Shown here: one piece after another, positions 62,042 to 64,000 of the stretch
Position numbering within the stretch: position 1 is the first letter of the stretch
How the letters are laid out: each line of letters starts with the position of its first letter
Source of the DNA: Pristiophorus japonicus
Taxonomy: Eukaryota
Length of the DNA stretch: 64,000 nt
Direction: 5' to 3'
NCBI RefSeq assembly: GCF_044704955.1
Contig: NC_092006.1
Location: 5,456,001 to 5,520,000, forward strand
The notes under the pieces: generated by a model
What the model was told of the DNA's origin: nothing
Seen by the model: only the letters and a program-made list of their open reading frames with translations
The model's database searches: none
Program-made: the position numbers and the translations under genes

Positions 62042-63144
62042 CTGAGACAAGGTTGCGGGGGGGGGGGGGACACAAAAATAAAAAAAAACACAATATTAAC
62101 AACAGGTTATAGGCCCCCGAGTCACCCTGGATACCGACACATCTCAAATTCCCCACCACTGGCGCGTCGGGAGCGCGTGTGGGACATTCCGCCGCGCTGC
62201 GCACCGTTAAATTGCGCCTCTCCGCCCGCAATTCCCACAGGCGCACAGTCCGAGTCCGTTCGCTGTGAAATCCGCTCCAATCATTGGCGGGCACCATGGC
62301 GACTGGCTGCAGTTAAGATTGCAAAATCCTTCTCCCAAACCGATTATGCTTCCCCCTGGTCTAACCCGGCTCTCCAATCCATCTCTCCAGGGGTTGGGGA
62401 CCGGGGGGCGCTTGATTGTGTTAAAATGGGGCGATAGCTTTCTCACTAATTCCACTAGACAGGCCCCCCTCTCCCAACGGTAGACCCTCGCCTTCAAATA
62501 CCGGAGTTCACTGACAACTTTATCTCAGTTAGGGGGCAGTTCAGTGTCACATTCGCTTCCACTCACCCATCACAATGTTCGGCTCCAAAGTCGCGCTATC
62601 GGTATTGAGCGAAGCCCGCACACCTTTATACTTTGCCCAATATCTAATCTGCTTCTTAAAAAAATTATAGTTAAACGCAAACTTGTGTATCAGCGAACGA
62701 TGCAACACAGGAGGCCATTCGGCCCATCAAACCTGTGTTGTGCCGGCTCTGTGACAGAGCGACTCAATCATTCCCACTCCGCCCCTGCTCTTTCCCCACA
62801 GCCCGGCATATTGCCTCCTTTCCAAATATTTATCCAATTCCCCCGTTTGAAAGTCACTTTTTCATCTGCTCCCAGTGCCCCTTTCAGGCAGCGCGTTCCC
62901 GAGCACAAGCTCTCAGGGCTTGAAATCACGTCCTGATCTCCCCCTCTGGTTCTGTTACCGATTATATTAAACATGTGTCCTCTGCTTACCCACCCTCCTC
63001 CCACTGGAAACAATCTCTCCTTCTTTACTCGATCGGAAGCCTTCTCCTTATTAATTCTATACAAAACCCTTCTCCTTATTAATTCTCTCCAAAACCCTTC
63101 TCCTTATTAATTCTCTCCAAAACCCGTCTAAAATCCAAAATCCA

Positions 63145-64000
63145 AAAGAGTAGGAGTAAACGGGTACTTTTCAGAATGGCAGGCAGTGACTAGTGGAGTG
63201 CCGCAAGGTTCTGTGCTGGGGCCCCAGCTGTTTACATTGTACATTAATGATTTAGACGAGGGGATTAAATGCAGTATCTCCAAATTTGCGGATGATACTA
63301 AGTTGGGTGGCAGTGTGAGCTGCGAGGAGGATGCTATTAGGCTGCAGAGTGACTTGGATAGGTTAGGTGAGTGGGCAAATGCATGGCAGATGAAGTATAA
63401 TGTGGATAAATGTGAGGTTATCCACTTTGGTGGTAAAAACAGAGAGACAGACTATTATCTGAATGGTGACAGATTAGGAAAAGGGAAGGTGCAACGAGAC
63501 CTGGGTGTCATGGTACATCAGTCATTGAAGGTTGGCATGCAGGTACAGCAGGCGGTTAAGAAAGCAAATGGCATGTTGGCCTTCATAGCGAGGGGATTTG
63601 AATACAGGGGCAGGGAGGTGTTGCTACAGTTGTACAGGGCCTTGGTGAGGCCACACCTGGAGTGTTGTGTACAGTTTTGGTCTCCTAACTTGAGGAAGGA
63701 CATTCTTGCTATTGAGGGAGTGCAGCGAAGGTTCACCAGACTGATTCCCGGGATGGCGGGACTGACCTATCAAGAAAGATTGGATCAACTGGGCTTGTAT
63801 TCACTGGAGTTCAGAAGAATGAGAGGGGACCTCATAGAAACGTTTAAAATTCTGACGGGTTTAGACAGGTTAGATGCAGAAAGAATGTTCCCAATGTTGG
63901 GGGAGTCCAGAACCAGGGGTCACAGTCTGAGGATAAGGGGTAAGCCATTTAGGACCGAGATGAGGAGAAACTTCTTCACCCAGAGAGTGGTGAACCTGTG
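63145..64000 (+). mobile_element. CR1 LINE RT fragment running off the right edge
   Basis: SGVPQGSVLGP / FADD-coding sequence continuing into the RT C-terminus. Confidence 0.9.

Noticed and set aside
62042-62297. ORF extension upstream of the gene 3 V exon as a signal peptide
   Set aside because: The hydrophobic stretch is the translated polypyrimidine tract before the acceptor; no convincing ATG-leader-donor unit was found.

Overview
Eukaryotic genomic DNA, most likely from a cartilaginous fish (elasmobranch), judged by dense CR1-type LINE 3' fragments with shark HER1-like tails and Deu-type SINEs. It is mostly repeats and has five N-gaps. Between the repeats is a cluster of four paralogous, intron-containing immunoglobulin-superfamily receptor genes with the layout leader / V / C1 / TM / short cytoplasmic exons / Tyr-motif terminal exon. 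Gene 1 (+, 29729-37986) is complete apart from a likely 1-nt frameshift in one tail exon. Gene 2 (-, 44675-51387) has an in-frame stop in its V exon. Gene 3 (-, 55883-62041) has open exons but no leader that I could locate. Gene 0 (-, 10953-14179) is a relic with only TM and tail exons visible and a LINE inserted in one exon. In genes 2 and 3 the V exon carries a germline-joined J-like FGxG strand and no RSS, so these look like non-rearranging antigen-receptor-like (VJ-C1) proteins with ITIM/ITSM-like tails. The window also holds a tandem array of about 50 CTCF-consensus motifs, an ERV 5' end with a tRNA-Ser PBS, a solo LTR, an internally deleted hAT transposon, Tx1/RTE/L2 fragments and several minisatellites. 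Exon models were derived by hand from splice signals, intron phase and paralog comparison; none is transcript-verified.
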